Part shown: piece by piece, positions 1-7,693 of the stretch
How positions within the stretch are numbered: position 1 is the first letter of the stretch
Layout of the letters: each line of letters opens with the position of its first letter
Source: an uncultured Bacteroides sp.
GTDB taxonomy: Bacteria > Bacillota > Clostridia > Lachnospirales > Lachnospiraceae
Length of the DNA stretch: 32,000 nt
NCBI GenBank assembly: GCA_945913015.1
Contig: CAMECH010000001.1
Location: forward strand, 135,287 to 167,286
Reading direction: 5' to 3'
Notes under the pieces: model-generated
What the model was told of the DNA's origin: nothing
Seen by the model: the letters and a program-made list of their open reading frames with translations, nothing else
The model's database searches: none
Program-made: the position numbers and the translations under genes

Positions 1-1757
1 TCCTCTATCTTTTTCCAGCTTCCGCCTGTGATATCCGCAATTGATTCTCCGTGTGTTCTAAGTATAAAATACACATTTTCCTTATAATTCTCTATGTGTA
101 CCTTAATACTGTTGTCTTCTCTCTTTTCGGTGTAATCGGCTGCCAGAAAATGCCTTACCCTGCTGTCAGTTTCCGAAACCGTATTCTTATCAAATGCCGA
201 ATAACAGTCTAAGTATTCAGCAAGATTTGTTGCAAAATCCTCATATTTTCTGCCCCACTCAGGTGAATCCTCCTCAGGGAACAGTACATCTGTCATATCA
301 AGCGTAATCGACGAATATCCAAGCGCCGTCTGAAGGCTTCTGTTCTTAAAATCTTTCATAAATGTGTAGTCAAGTCCGTCATTGGTAGTCCTGAGTTCCA
401 TTACCTGATTGGAGAGGTAAGAAAACATCTGCGTATCCTTCTCATAATCAAAAACGACTGTCCGCACATCCTTTAAAAGTGCCGTTTTTAGCAGGCTCAT
501 CGTTTTTTCACGACTGTTTTCATTCACATACATTGACATAAATTTATAGTTCGGAACCGTTCTGTAAAATGTATCATAGTCCGCAACAATTTTCTGTCTT
601 AAGGTCGCATCCTGAAGATTATATGCGGCCCACCCCGCTTCATCACCATTCTCTCTGAACAGTTTGAAATAGTATTCAATCTCCTCCTGCTTTGGATAAC
701 TCTCATCCTGATAGTTATTCTGCGGAGTTACCATATATGTCATCTTCGCATTAAAATGATTGATAAGGCCTGATAAATTAGGCCATATTATATCCCTTAA
801 TGTTTCTGTGGAGGAACGGCTGTAACGCTTTTTCATCTGTTCATCATTTTCCGAAGAAAATGACGGATAGTTAATTGCTATTATGTTCTGTGAATTGACA
901 ACCGGATATATATCATAATCTTTGGCTTCATACATCATTGCCGTATAAATCCCAAGCCCCGTATTATCCTGTCCGTAGTCTCCGTTAATTGCAAATACAC
1001 AGGTTTTATCAGTCCGGTATCTCCATATAATGCACGGCTGTAATTCATTATTAACCTCGCCGTATCTGCCTTCATCAAGCACGCCTGCCATATACACCTT
1101 TGTACCGGATTTCAGAATATACCACGGCACCTCAAGCTGCATATCCTGATACTTTTCTTCTTTTTCATTGTTGGCAATATACCATTTTTCACCGCCGACA
1201 AGAAACCCTCCAAACAGCTTTATTCCCTTAAGCTGCGCTTTATTCTGCTTTACAGATGATATTCCGAGAATATTGCGCAGCTCCTCACTGGCTTCAATTA
1301 CAGACGGCTCGGGCAGACTGCAGAAAATCATTGTAACACCGCTGTTCGCAATTCCTGAAAGCGCAGAAGCTGACCTTGAAAAATCAATCTGATTGGAGTC
1401 AACAAATACCACCTCCGGCATATGCTTTGTGTCAGGAGTGTATTCCTCCGGTGAGCCCACCGAAAGCATATTCATCTTTGAATATGTGCACCACTGCTGC
1501 ACTGTCCTTTTTGCCGGGCTTGCCGTATCGGCAGCATTTCCGATAAATACTGCATAGCCGTCCTCAGACGCCGCAATTTTATCACTTTCCGATACAGGCC
1601 TTACAACTGAAGTCTGCGTAAGACTTCTGTCCGAGGACGCATACACATTTGTATCATAATCATTATAAAAATCCTTTATAAACTCTGAAAACTGAAATAA
1701 GAACAGCACCAGCAGCATAATCAGAGTTATCACAAAAAAATTTCTTCTTGAAACCAT
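1..1757 (-). CDS. DUF2194-like membrane-anchored protein, possibly an analogue of the PelA deacetylase domain; the C-terminal end runs off the window
   Basis: The minus-strand frame is open from ATG 1757 to the window edge. It is absent from the ORF track because it has no stop in the window, and no competing minus ORF is listed there. GAGGA lies 6 nt upstream of the ATG. The translation starts MVSRRNFFVITLIMLLVLFLF, a single N-terminal TM anchor. It begins 14 nt after the stop of the upstream gene. The family call is from memory of sequence character only. Confidence 0.55.
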   Translation of the reverse strand, partial: MVSRRNFFVITLIMLLVLFLFQFSEFIKDFYNDYDTNVYASSDRSLTQTSVVRPVSESDKIAASEDGYAVFIGNAADTASPAKRTVQQWCTYSKMNMLSVGSPEEYTPDTKHMPEVVFVDSNQIDFSRSASALSGIANSGVTMIFCSLPEPSVIEASEELRNILGISSVKQNKAQLKGIKLFGGFLVGGEKWYIANNEKEEKYQDMQLEVPWYILKSGTKVYMAGVLDEGRYGEVNNELQPCIIWRYRTDKTCVFAINGDYGQDNTGLGIYTAMMYEAKDYDIYPVVNSQNIIAINYPSFSSENDEQMKKRYSRSSTETLRDIIWPNLSGLINHFNAKMTYMVTPQNNYQDESYPKQEEIEYYFKLFRENGDEAGWAAYNLQDATLRQKIVADYDTFYRTVPNYKFMSMYVNENSREKTMSLLKTALLKDVRTVVFDYEKDTQMFSYLSNQVMELRTTNDGLDYTFMKDFKNRSLQTALGYSSITLDMTDVLFPEEDSPEWGRKYEDFATNLAEYLDCYSAFDKNTVSETDSRVRHFLAADYTEKREDNSIKVHIENYKENVYFILRTHGESIADITGGSWKKIE

Positions 1758-1771
1758 AGCCAATCCTCTAC

Positions 1772-4096
1772 TTAATCGATAGCGAGATTAAACAGACTGT
1801 ACATATTCTGCTCAAGCCTGTAACAGACAAATTCATCATCCTCATAATAAACCTTCATTTCATTAGGATACAGCTTCATAAATTTCTGCGCCCAGTAATA
1901 CATTTTTGACATTACAATCCACCGGTTTTCGCCGAAATATACGCTTATACCGCTTCCAATAGGAGTGTCCTTTCCGGCACCTGCCAATGATACCATTTGA
2001 CCGCTGCCCTCATACGGGTGAAGATAATCAATAGGTCTTTTCTCTATGTAAAAATATACATATTTTGTATCAATATAAATGCTTTTATTATCTCTCTTAC
2101 TTTCGTTAAGATGTATAAATGTAATCGGCTCATAGTGATATCCGTGCCCGTAAATCATACGAAGTTCATCGTTGGCGGAGACTATCGTCCATGTATTGTC
2201 TTCGTTATCCTTAATAATATTGGTAAGGCATGTTATTGCTCCGTTGGTTTCAAGTCTGCCTGTGCTAAACGGCCTTCTTATAAGATTCATCTGAAAACCG
2301 AATATTACCACTCCGACAACTGCCGCCAGTGACAATAAATTCATTATCCATTCCTTCTTTGTTATAAGGAACCATACCGAACACAGCGCATCAACTGCAA
2401 CACATGCAATAACCGTAAGCAGGTACGCAAAATAAATTCTTGAACGGTTCGCATCCATCAATTCAGGAAGTCCAAGCATTTTTGCAGAAACAAGTACCAG
2501 CATGCACAGTGTCATTACTGCGACAGATATAAGTATTGCTCCGTAGTCCGTCTGTTTTAACACAAACATCAGCAACCCCATTACCGCTGCAAATGCCACT
2601 ACCGCAAGCAGTGCCGGCAGGAAAAATTCCATGTCAAATCTAAGAACATTCAGCTTAAGACCTGCCTTAATACTGTTATATGCACCATAAAGCTTCTTAG
2701 ATAACGAAAGCTTTTTATTTTGTGTACTGCTGCCGGACTTACTGCCTGCCGCCTGCTGCGTACTTTGCGTAGAAGCACTGTCCGCCTGCCCGATACTGCC
2801 GTCAGGTGCCGTTCCTGTCTGTTTTTCATCCTGCACTGTCTTCTTTTCTTCGCTCTGACTGTTTACATCCGCTGAGGTTGTAGAATCTCCGGAACCTTTT
2901 CCCTGCATAACATTCATGCCCCAGTTAAGCGAGCCCTGCAATGGCGTTCCGGTTGCAAATGCAACACCCATCGGAAGCACACCTATCATCACAGCCGCAA
3001 TTACCGCAACCAGTATCCTGCCGAGATATTTTATATTAAAGAACCGGAAAATAAATCCTATTGCTATTGCCACGCAGAAAATTCCGGCAATCATCGTATC
3101 ATAAAAATGCACTGCAATCGTCATTCCGAAACTTAATGCATACCCTGTAAGGTACCATGAAGAATCCGACATACCCTTAATTTTTTCAGGCAGTGCCAGC
3201 TCTTTTTTTCTTGTCTCAAAAAATCTGATTGCAAAATATATGGCAGGCAGTATAAAGACCATACCAAATTCCTGCGGGAGCGTTCCCAGATATCTTCTTG
3301 TGCATTCAAGGTTGAAAATGTCATATCCCGCATACACAAGACACCCTGCATATGCCGCATACCTCGATTTGCAGATTCCTTTTATAAATGCAAGCAGCAT
3401 AAAAAAAATATATATCATCTGCGTAAATCCGAATACACGAAGCAGCACATATGTATCAATTCCAAACACTTCGTAAAAATAGTATATAATGCAGTGAAAT
3501 CCAAACGGATAAACTCCCGCCACATAAATATCTCCGTCGCACATGGCATTTATCCAGTAATTGTGAACCGGAAGGTCTGAAAATGAGTATCCGTAATATG
3601 AAACATAATTATCGCCATAAACCCACAAAAGACATACAAAAAGCAGCACAAATGCCAGAGATTCAAACAGATTATGTCTTACGAAGCCTGCAAATTTACG
3701 GATAAGACGCTTTAAGCCTGCTACGGCTGCACGAATCAGTTTCTTTGTAAATGTCTTCCGGCCCATTATTCCGAAGACAGCCTTATGAAGAACCTGAAGC
3801 CAGCGCAGTATGTGGTCTGCCATATTCCCGTCATAATTGCGTATATACACAATAAGTCCGGGTATAACCGTAAATAAAATAAGCGTTATGCGATTTGATA
3901 TATGCAGAAGCTGGAGCAGAAAAACAATGTGCATAATAAAGAAATTGCCTATTACAAAGTACACCATAAACTGCTCAAGCGGTCTTTTGTCTGCTACCTT
4001 TTTATGAAAAATAAGTGCCGGCAAAGCTATGGTAACAAGCGAGTACAATGCAAATATCCCTGCAATCTGCATAATTGTAAGCATTGTCATTGACAT
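1772..4096 (-). CDS. Large polytopic membrane protein of unknown function, about 14 predicted TM helices plus a C-terminal extracytoplasmic domain; possibly GT-C/YfhO-like
   Basis: This is the 776-aa ORF 1772..4102. The codon at 4102 is TTG, only 3 nt from GAAGG. ATG at 4096 sits 9 nt from GAAGG and is the more likely start. Hydrophobic segments run through residues 1-400 and 470-600. An Asp/aromatic-rich loop (DNYVSYYGYSFSDLPVHNYWINAMCDGDIY) follows TM4. The last ~170 aa are soluble. Confidence 0.7.
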   Translation of the reverse strand: MSMTMLTIMQIAGIFALYSLVTIALPALIFHKKVADKRPLEQFMVYFVIGNFFIMHIVFLLQLLHISNRITLILFTVIPGLIVYIRNYDGNMADHILRWLQVLHKAVFGIMGRKTFTKKLIRAAVAGLKRLIRKFAGFVRHNLFESLAFVLLFVCLLWVYGDNYVSYYGYSFSDLPVHNYWINAMCDGDIYVAGVYPFGFHCIIYYFYEVFGIDTYVLLRVFGFTQMIYIFFMLLAFIKGICKSRYAAYAGCLVYAGYDIFNLECTRRYLGTLPQEFGMVFILPAIYFAIRFFETRKKELALPEKIKGMSDSSWYLTGYALSFGMTIAVHFYDTMIAGIFCVAIAIGFIFRFFNIKYLGRILVAVIAAVMIGVLPMGVAFATGTPLQGSLNWGMNVMQGKGSGDSTTSADVNSQSEEKKTVQDEKQTGTAPDGSIGQADSASTQSTQQAAGSKSGSSTQNKKLSLSKKLYGAYNSIKAGLKLNVLRFDMEFFLPALLAVVAFAAVMGLLMFVLKQTDYGAILISVAVMTLCMLVLVSAKMLGLPELMDANRSRIYFAYLLTVIACVAVDALCSVWFLITKKEWIMNLLSLAAVVGVVIFGFQMNLIRRPFSTGRLETNGAITCLTNIIKDNEDNTWTIVSANDELRMIYGHGYHYEPITFIHLNESKRDNKSIYIDTKYVYFYIEKRPIDYLHPYEGSGQMVSLAGAGKDTPIGSGISVYFGENRWIVMSKMYYWAQKFMKLYPNEMKVYYEDDEFVCYRLEQNMYSLFNLAID
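2712..2905 (-). other. Ser/Thr/Gln/Gly-rich low-complexity loop inside the 776-aa membrane protein
   Basis: The translation is QGKGSGDSTTSADVNSQSEEKKTVQDEKQTGTAPDGSIGQADSASTQSTQQAAGSKSGSSTQNKK. It lies between TM blocks and has no hydrophobic stretch. Confidence 0.8.
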
Positions 4097-4110
4097 ATGC
4101 AAAAACCTTC

Positions 4111-5046
4111 CTATTCATTAAAAATACGTATTATTTCCAGTGTCTCTTTATCAATCACAACCTGCGATTTTCTAAGTTCATCCATTGCCACAAAAAATTT
4201 TTCTCTGTCTTTAAGCTTGTAATAAAGCTTGAGTCTGCATTTGTAAGGTGCCAGAATACCCGGACACTCTTTCATGATTATTTCACACCATTTTTCTGCT
4301 TTCTCATAATCATCGATATATATAAGGTGCATGCATATCCATTCATAGTACTCATCTTTCATGCCTGCCTTGTCAGCCGTATACAGAATATTTCCGGTTT
4401 CCTCAAGCATAAGGACATATTTCTTCTGTTCCATCGGCACAAGTACATGCTGCTCAAGCACCGTATTCATATATTCCAGTTCCATACAGCAGTATTTTGA
4501 AAGATTCTTATCCCTTTTCTGGATTTCAATGTATATTTTCTGAGCTGTCTCTCTGAAACTTGCAAGTTCATCCCTCAATGCCGTTGCCGCATAGTGCGAT
4601 GTCTCTGAATCCTGACTGTTTAATGCAAGAGAAATTGATGCAAGCGATTTTTTGATATCCCCGCGCAGCACATTAAGCATAAGCTCCCTTAAGCTCTTAT
4701 AATCGCTGACCGCAATAGCCTCTTCAAACGAGGTTATGTTAAGCTCCCTGCTTTCATCTGCCCTGTCATATGTCTCTGTTCTCTCTTTGCTGAAAATAAC
4801 ATCTGTCAGGTCAACCTCTTTATGAAAGAATACTTTATTAAACAGCAGTGCCAGCACGTAACCTGCCATACTCACAACAGGGCACATTATAAACACAACA
4901 AACAGGATAATATACCGCCTTTTTCCACCGGGTATATATTTTTTCAGACCCGTCACCGGAACAACCGCTACTCCCCATATAAGAAATATAAGCGCAAATA
5001 TCAGGTTAATTCCGAGAACAGCAATAATTATTCTTTCTGAACTCAT
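4111..5046 (-). CDS. PelE-like protein with two N-terminal TM helices and a TPR-like helical-repeat cytoplasmic domain
   Basis: The ORF is 311 aa. Its ATG (5046) overlaps the upstream stop as ATGA, which suggests translational coupling. The N-terminus has two TM segments, IIIAVLGINLIFALIFLIWGVAVVPV and YIILFVVFIMCPVVSMAGYVLALLF. The C-terminal half is helical-repeat-like (YYEWICMHLIYIDDYEKAEKWCEIIMKECPG...). Size and architecture match PelE. Confidence 0.5.
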   Translation of the reverse strand: MSSERIIIAVLGINLIFALIFLIWGVAVVPVTGLKKYIPGGKRRYIILFVVFIMCPVVSMAGYVLALLFNKVFFHKEVDLTDVIFSKERTETYDRADESRELNITSFEEAIAVSDYKSLRELMLNVLRGDIKKSLASISLALNSQDSETSHYAATALRDELASFRETAQKIYIEIQKRDKNLSKYCCMELEYMNTVLEQHVLVPMEQKKYVLMLEETGNILYTADKAGMKDEYYEWICMHLIYIDDYEKAEKWCEIIMKECPGILAPYKCRLKLYYKLKDREKFFVAMDELRKSQVVIDKETLEIIRIFNE

Positions 5047-7202
5047 TCTCCCATCTCCTTAGGAATCCGATAGCTGTATCCTGCCTCCGCAATTCTTTTC
5101 TCAACATAGCCGGTCGCTTCATTGTCCGTGCTTACAAGCATTACACACAGCTTTCCGTCCCCCATGTCACCCATATAATCTGTGTTTCTTATAACCTTTT
5201 CAATGTTCATGCCTGCCTTTTCAATACTCTCGCCCGCCATGTCAATTTCAAGAAATGAGCATTCCGCCAGCCCGCGTTTTCTTGCGCTGTTAAATGCCTT
5301 AACAAGCGAGCCAAACGCTTCTTTTTCCAGTACATGGGTTCCTGCAATATACCTTTGATTTTCAAGTATATCCATATAACGGTTCGCACGCACAACTGAA
5401 TTCTGTGTGAGAGAACCTATAATTTTCAGTCTGTTTGCCATACTGAGATTCATGCGTTCAAACGGAATATCCCACAGCATGACGATAAGATTTATCGTCC
5501 CCTCCGGACGTATTGCCAGCGCCATCATAGGAAGATCCGGATTCATCTTTCTGTTGATAAAAACGCGGTCCTGCTCAAATTCAGTGTACATTTCGCCATA
5601 CTTTTTATACTCAATTGAATTGCCAAGCTTCCTTGCCTCTTTGGAAGTAAATGAAATAAGTCTCGCAAAATTTTCATTGGATACCGTATAAATTGCCACA
5701 TCACGGCTTTCCATAAGCCTCGACACAACATCAGCCGCATAGAACAGTACTTCCTCCGGCTCATATTTATCAAGGGACGAAGTAATCTCGTAAATTTTCC
5801 CCATGCTGTCGCTCTGGCTCACAATCTGCCTTTCCATTTCATTCTTTAACCGCACGTTCGTTTTATTAATATCTTCAATATCTCTCAGCCTGTGCTTAAG
5901 ATAATCAATCTCATCATCCTTATCCTTGCGGATAAGTACAAGCTGATCCCTTAAGTAACCTACGGCAAGCCCAAGAATCAAAAGCTGTGCAATCCATACA
6001 TATGTATTGTAGTCAATAGCAACCTCAAATCCGCTCTTTGTATACATTTCCCTGAAGCAGAAGCCTGCAACCGACAGAATTGCCGAAAATGTTGCTTGCT
6101 GCTGTCCGAATATAATGGCAAAAAGCAGTACGTATATAAGATAACTGTCCAGCTTTCCGAAAAACTGGCTTCCCACCGCCCTGTTGTTTATCATGAAAAA
6201 CGGAATAAAACAAATCATATTCTCAATAAACGGAATAAATGTGATAAGAATTGTTTTTATTGAGAGCATAATCTGCATAAATTTATTCTGCTCATGCTTT
6301 TTTTCACGTATAAATTTTTTGGAATTTTTCTTTATTGCTTTAACGGTTTCTTCAACGCAGTCTTCCGTCCTGTAAAATACAGCAAACGGAAATTCCTCCG
6401 AATAATCGTGCACATCAAGTTCTTCAATCCAGATTACCGAATTGTCACTTGCATATCTTACAGGAACTCTGAAGCCAAATTCCCTGTTAATTATGTCAAT
6501 GGCATCTCCGCTTCGCATTTCGTTTCTGCATGTCAGTGTATATATATTGTATCTGTGCTTCTCAGCAGTAAAAATATTGTACATAAACTGAACTGCATCA
6601 GGAAGCGCCAGCAGCGAGATATCCATCCCGTTACAGTTGATTTCGTTTTTATTGAGCGCTTCAATGCACATTCTCGCACATTCACCATACGCCTCCGAAA
6701 TATTTGCAGGGGCATAGCTTATATTCTCAGCGCGCACAACAACTATATCAAGTCCTGTTGCAATCCTGTAATTAACACATGTTATCTCACCCTGACGTAC
6801 TGTTCTTGCTTTTATAATCTCACCATCGTTATCTTCCTGCACTTCTGCCGCATTGTACACCTCCTCCGAGGATAAATATACAAAACGTCCTTTGCCAAGC
6901 CTTGAATACGCCGCAAGCACATTGCTTAATCCCGTCGAAAACGAAAGCTGTGCATCCTGCTCTCCCTGCCAGTCAAATGAGGTATCAAACACTCCCGTAA
7001 AAACTGTCAAATCCGGAGAAACACTCTCGAACACATCCTTGATGCAGTTGTTGCCATAATCAAAAATATACTTTTCATAGACATGCCTGAAATGTGTTTT
7101 TCTGCTGCTCATAAGGACATAAACCGTATGCCCTTCCTTGTTCAGCTTATTGACGATTTCACTTGTTATTCGGTTTGCATCACCAATTAATAATATTTTC
7201 AC
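5043..7202 (-). CDS. PelD-like c-di-GMP receptor candidate: degenerate SDR/epimerase-like domain, 4 TM helices, GAF domain and degenerate GGDEF domain
   Basis: The ORF is 719 aa with a GTG start at 7202 and GGAG 6 nt upstream. The N-terminus MKILLIGDANRITSEIV... has a Rossmann beta1 but the GxxGxxG motif is lost, and LSSEEVY is epimerase-like. Four TM helices lie at about residues 305-420, followed by a coiled coil and a GAF-like region. The C-terminal part reads RNTD-YMGDM-GDGKL. That is an RxxD I-site exactly 5 aa before a degenerate GGDEF position (verified at nt 5148..5189). Confidence 0.6.
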   Translation of the reverse strand: MKILLIGDANRITSEIVNKLNKEGHTVYVLMSSRKTHFRHVYEKYIFDYGNNCIKDVFESVSPDLTVFTGVFDTSFDWQGEQDAQLSFSTGLSNVLAAYSRLGKGRFVYLSSEEVYNAAEVQEDNDGEIIKARTVRQGEITCVNYRIATGLDIVVVRAENISYAPANISEAYGECARMCIEALNKNEINCNGMDISLLALPDAVQFMYNIFTAEKHRYNIYTLTCRNEMRSGDAIDIINREFGFRVPVRYASDNSVIWIEELDVHDYSEEFPFAVFYRTEDCVEETVKAIKKNSKKFIREKKHEQNKFMQIMLSIKTILITFIPFIENMICFIPFFMINNRAVGSQFFGKLDSYLIYVLLFAIIFGQQQATFSAILSVAGFCFREMYTKSGFEVAIDYNTYVWIAQLLILGLAVGYLRDQLVLIRKDKDDEIDYLKHRLRDIEDINKTNVRLKNEMERQIVSQSDSMGKIYEITSSLDKYEPEEVLFYAADVVSRLMESRDVAIYTVSNENFARLISFTSKEARKLGNSIEYKKYGEMYTEFEQDRVFINRKMNPDLPMMALAIRPEGTINLIVMLWDIPFERMNLSMANRLKIIGSLTQNSVVRANRYMDILENQRYIAGTHVLEKEAFGSLVKAFNSARKRGLAECSFLEIDMAGESIEKAGMNIEKVIRNTDYMGDMGDGKLCVMLVSTDNEATGYVEKRIAEAGYSYRIPKEMGE

Positions 7203-7231
7203 TTTTAGCTCCAGCCTGTTATATATTTTTA

Positions 7232-7510
7232 TTATAAATCAACGCCCCGTGACTTTAGTTCATTTATAAACGCATCGACGTCCCTGACAGCCTCTTCATG
7301 CTGTATGCCATATTCTTTTGCAAGCATATCCGCAAGTTCATCCGATGTCATATCACCTGCAATCCCTTCCCATATCATTGCTCCGCACTCATTTACAGGT
7401 ATCGGAGGCATATATGCATCCTGCTTTTGTGCACATTTTACAATCCATTTGCTGCCTGCTGCCTGCCTTACAACATATTCTGTTCCCGACCGCATAACTC
7501 CACTCTCCAT
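7232..7510 (-). CDS. PqqD-family protein (RiPP recognition element-like winged helix)
   Basis: The ORF is 92 aa. The segment PIPVNECGAMIWEGIAGDMTSDELADMLAKEYGIQHEEAVRDVDAFINELKSRGV fits the PqqD pattern (LN-x-a-iW-x-l-dG-x-t-x-eia-x-l-x-eY-v-x-e-x-a-x-Dv-x-fl-x-L-x-x-G). An alternative start is Met6 at 7495, preceded by GGAGAGTGGAG. It ends 29 nt upstream of the PelD-like gene on the same strand. Confidence 0.7.
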   Translation of the reverse strand: MESGVMRSGTEYVVRQAAGSKWIVKCAQKQDAYMPPIPVNECGAMIWEGIAGDMTSDELADMLAKEYGIQHEEAVRDVDAFINELKSRGVDL

Positions 7511-7517
7511 TCTGACG

Positions 7518-7557
7518 CAGCTGTCACAGCTGTAGGCACAAAGGTAATCTTTGCACC
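7518..7557 (-). other. Two adjacent hairpins in the 5' leader of the PqqD-like gene
   Basis: On the minus strand the first hairpin is GGUGCAAAG-auuac-CUUUGUGCC, a 9-bp stem with two central G-U pairs (7535..7557). The second is CAGCUG-uga-CAGCUG (7518..7532). No U-tract follows, so this is not an intrinsic terminator. Confidence 0.4.
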
Positions 7558-7579
7558 CTCCACTAAACTATAGCTATTT

Positions 7580-7588
7580 ATTATATCA
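7580..7588 (-). promoter_or_regulatory. Candidate extended -10 promoter (TGATATAAT) for the PqqD-like/Pel-like operon
   Basis: The minus strand reads ...ctaTGaTATAATaaatag.... The -35 is only weak (TGTTTT at 17 nt). Confidence 0.3.
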
Positions 7589-7627
7589 TAGAATATGCCT
7601 AAAAAACACTTACTTTTGCCTGTGTAC

Positions 7628-7656
7628 TTGAAAAAAAAATCATCATAAGGTAATAT
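7628..7656 (+). promoter_or_regulatory. Candidate sigma-A promoter for tadA (TTGAAA-17-TAATAT)
   Basis: TTGAAA lies at 7628..7633, followed by a 17-nt spacer and TAATAT at 7651..7656. This is 38 nt upstream of the tadA ATG. Confidence 0.45.
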
Positions 7657-7693
7657 CATTATCAGCAATAAATTCAGGAGAATTATAAATAAT

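Noticed and set aside
4084-6875. Long plus-strand ORFs antisense to the pelE-like and pelD-like genes (4084..4500, 138 aa; 6294..6875, 193 aa).
   Set aside because: Their translations are low-complexity and Phe/Ile/Cys/His-rich, they have no RBS, and they lie entirely within well-supported minus-strand genes. These are typical antisense artefacts of AT-rich DNA.
7468-7552. A small alternative-frame peptide (…ITFVPTAVTAASEWRVELCGREQNML*) begins 8 nt after a GGAGGG and overlaps the PqqD start. It could be a precursor peptide for the RRE protein.
   Set aside because: The only codon at proper SD spacing is ATT. The next GTG is 17 nt from the SD. The 95-aa track ORF that contains it starts antisense inside tadA. 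There is too little support without conservation data.
7511-7567. The in-frame extension upstream of the PqqD-like ATG translates to a Cys-rich string, FSGGCKDYLCAYSCDSCVR (CX4CX3CX2C), which looks like a possible RiPP core or metal site.
   Set aside because: No ATG, GTG or TTG occurs in that frame between the TAG at 7568..7570 and ATG 7510. The Cys codons arise from the CAGCTG-palindrome hairpin, so it is most likely non-coding leader RNA.
7511-7600. A possible c-di-GMP (GEMM) riboswitch upstream of the Pel-like operon, suggested by the GCAAAG motif.
   Set aside because: The leader is only about 60 nt, and it lacks the paired P1/P2 architecture and conserved GEMM blocks.
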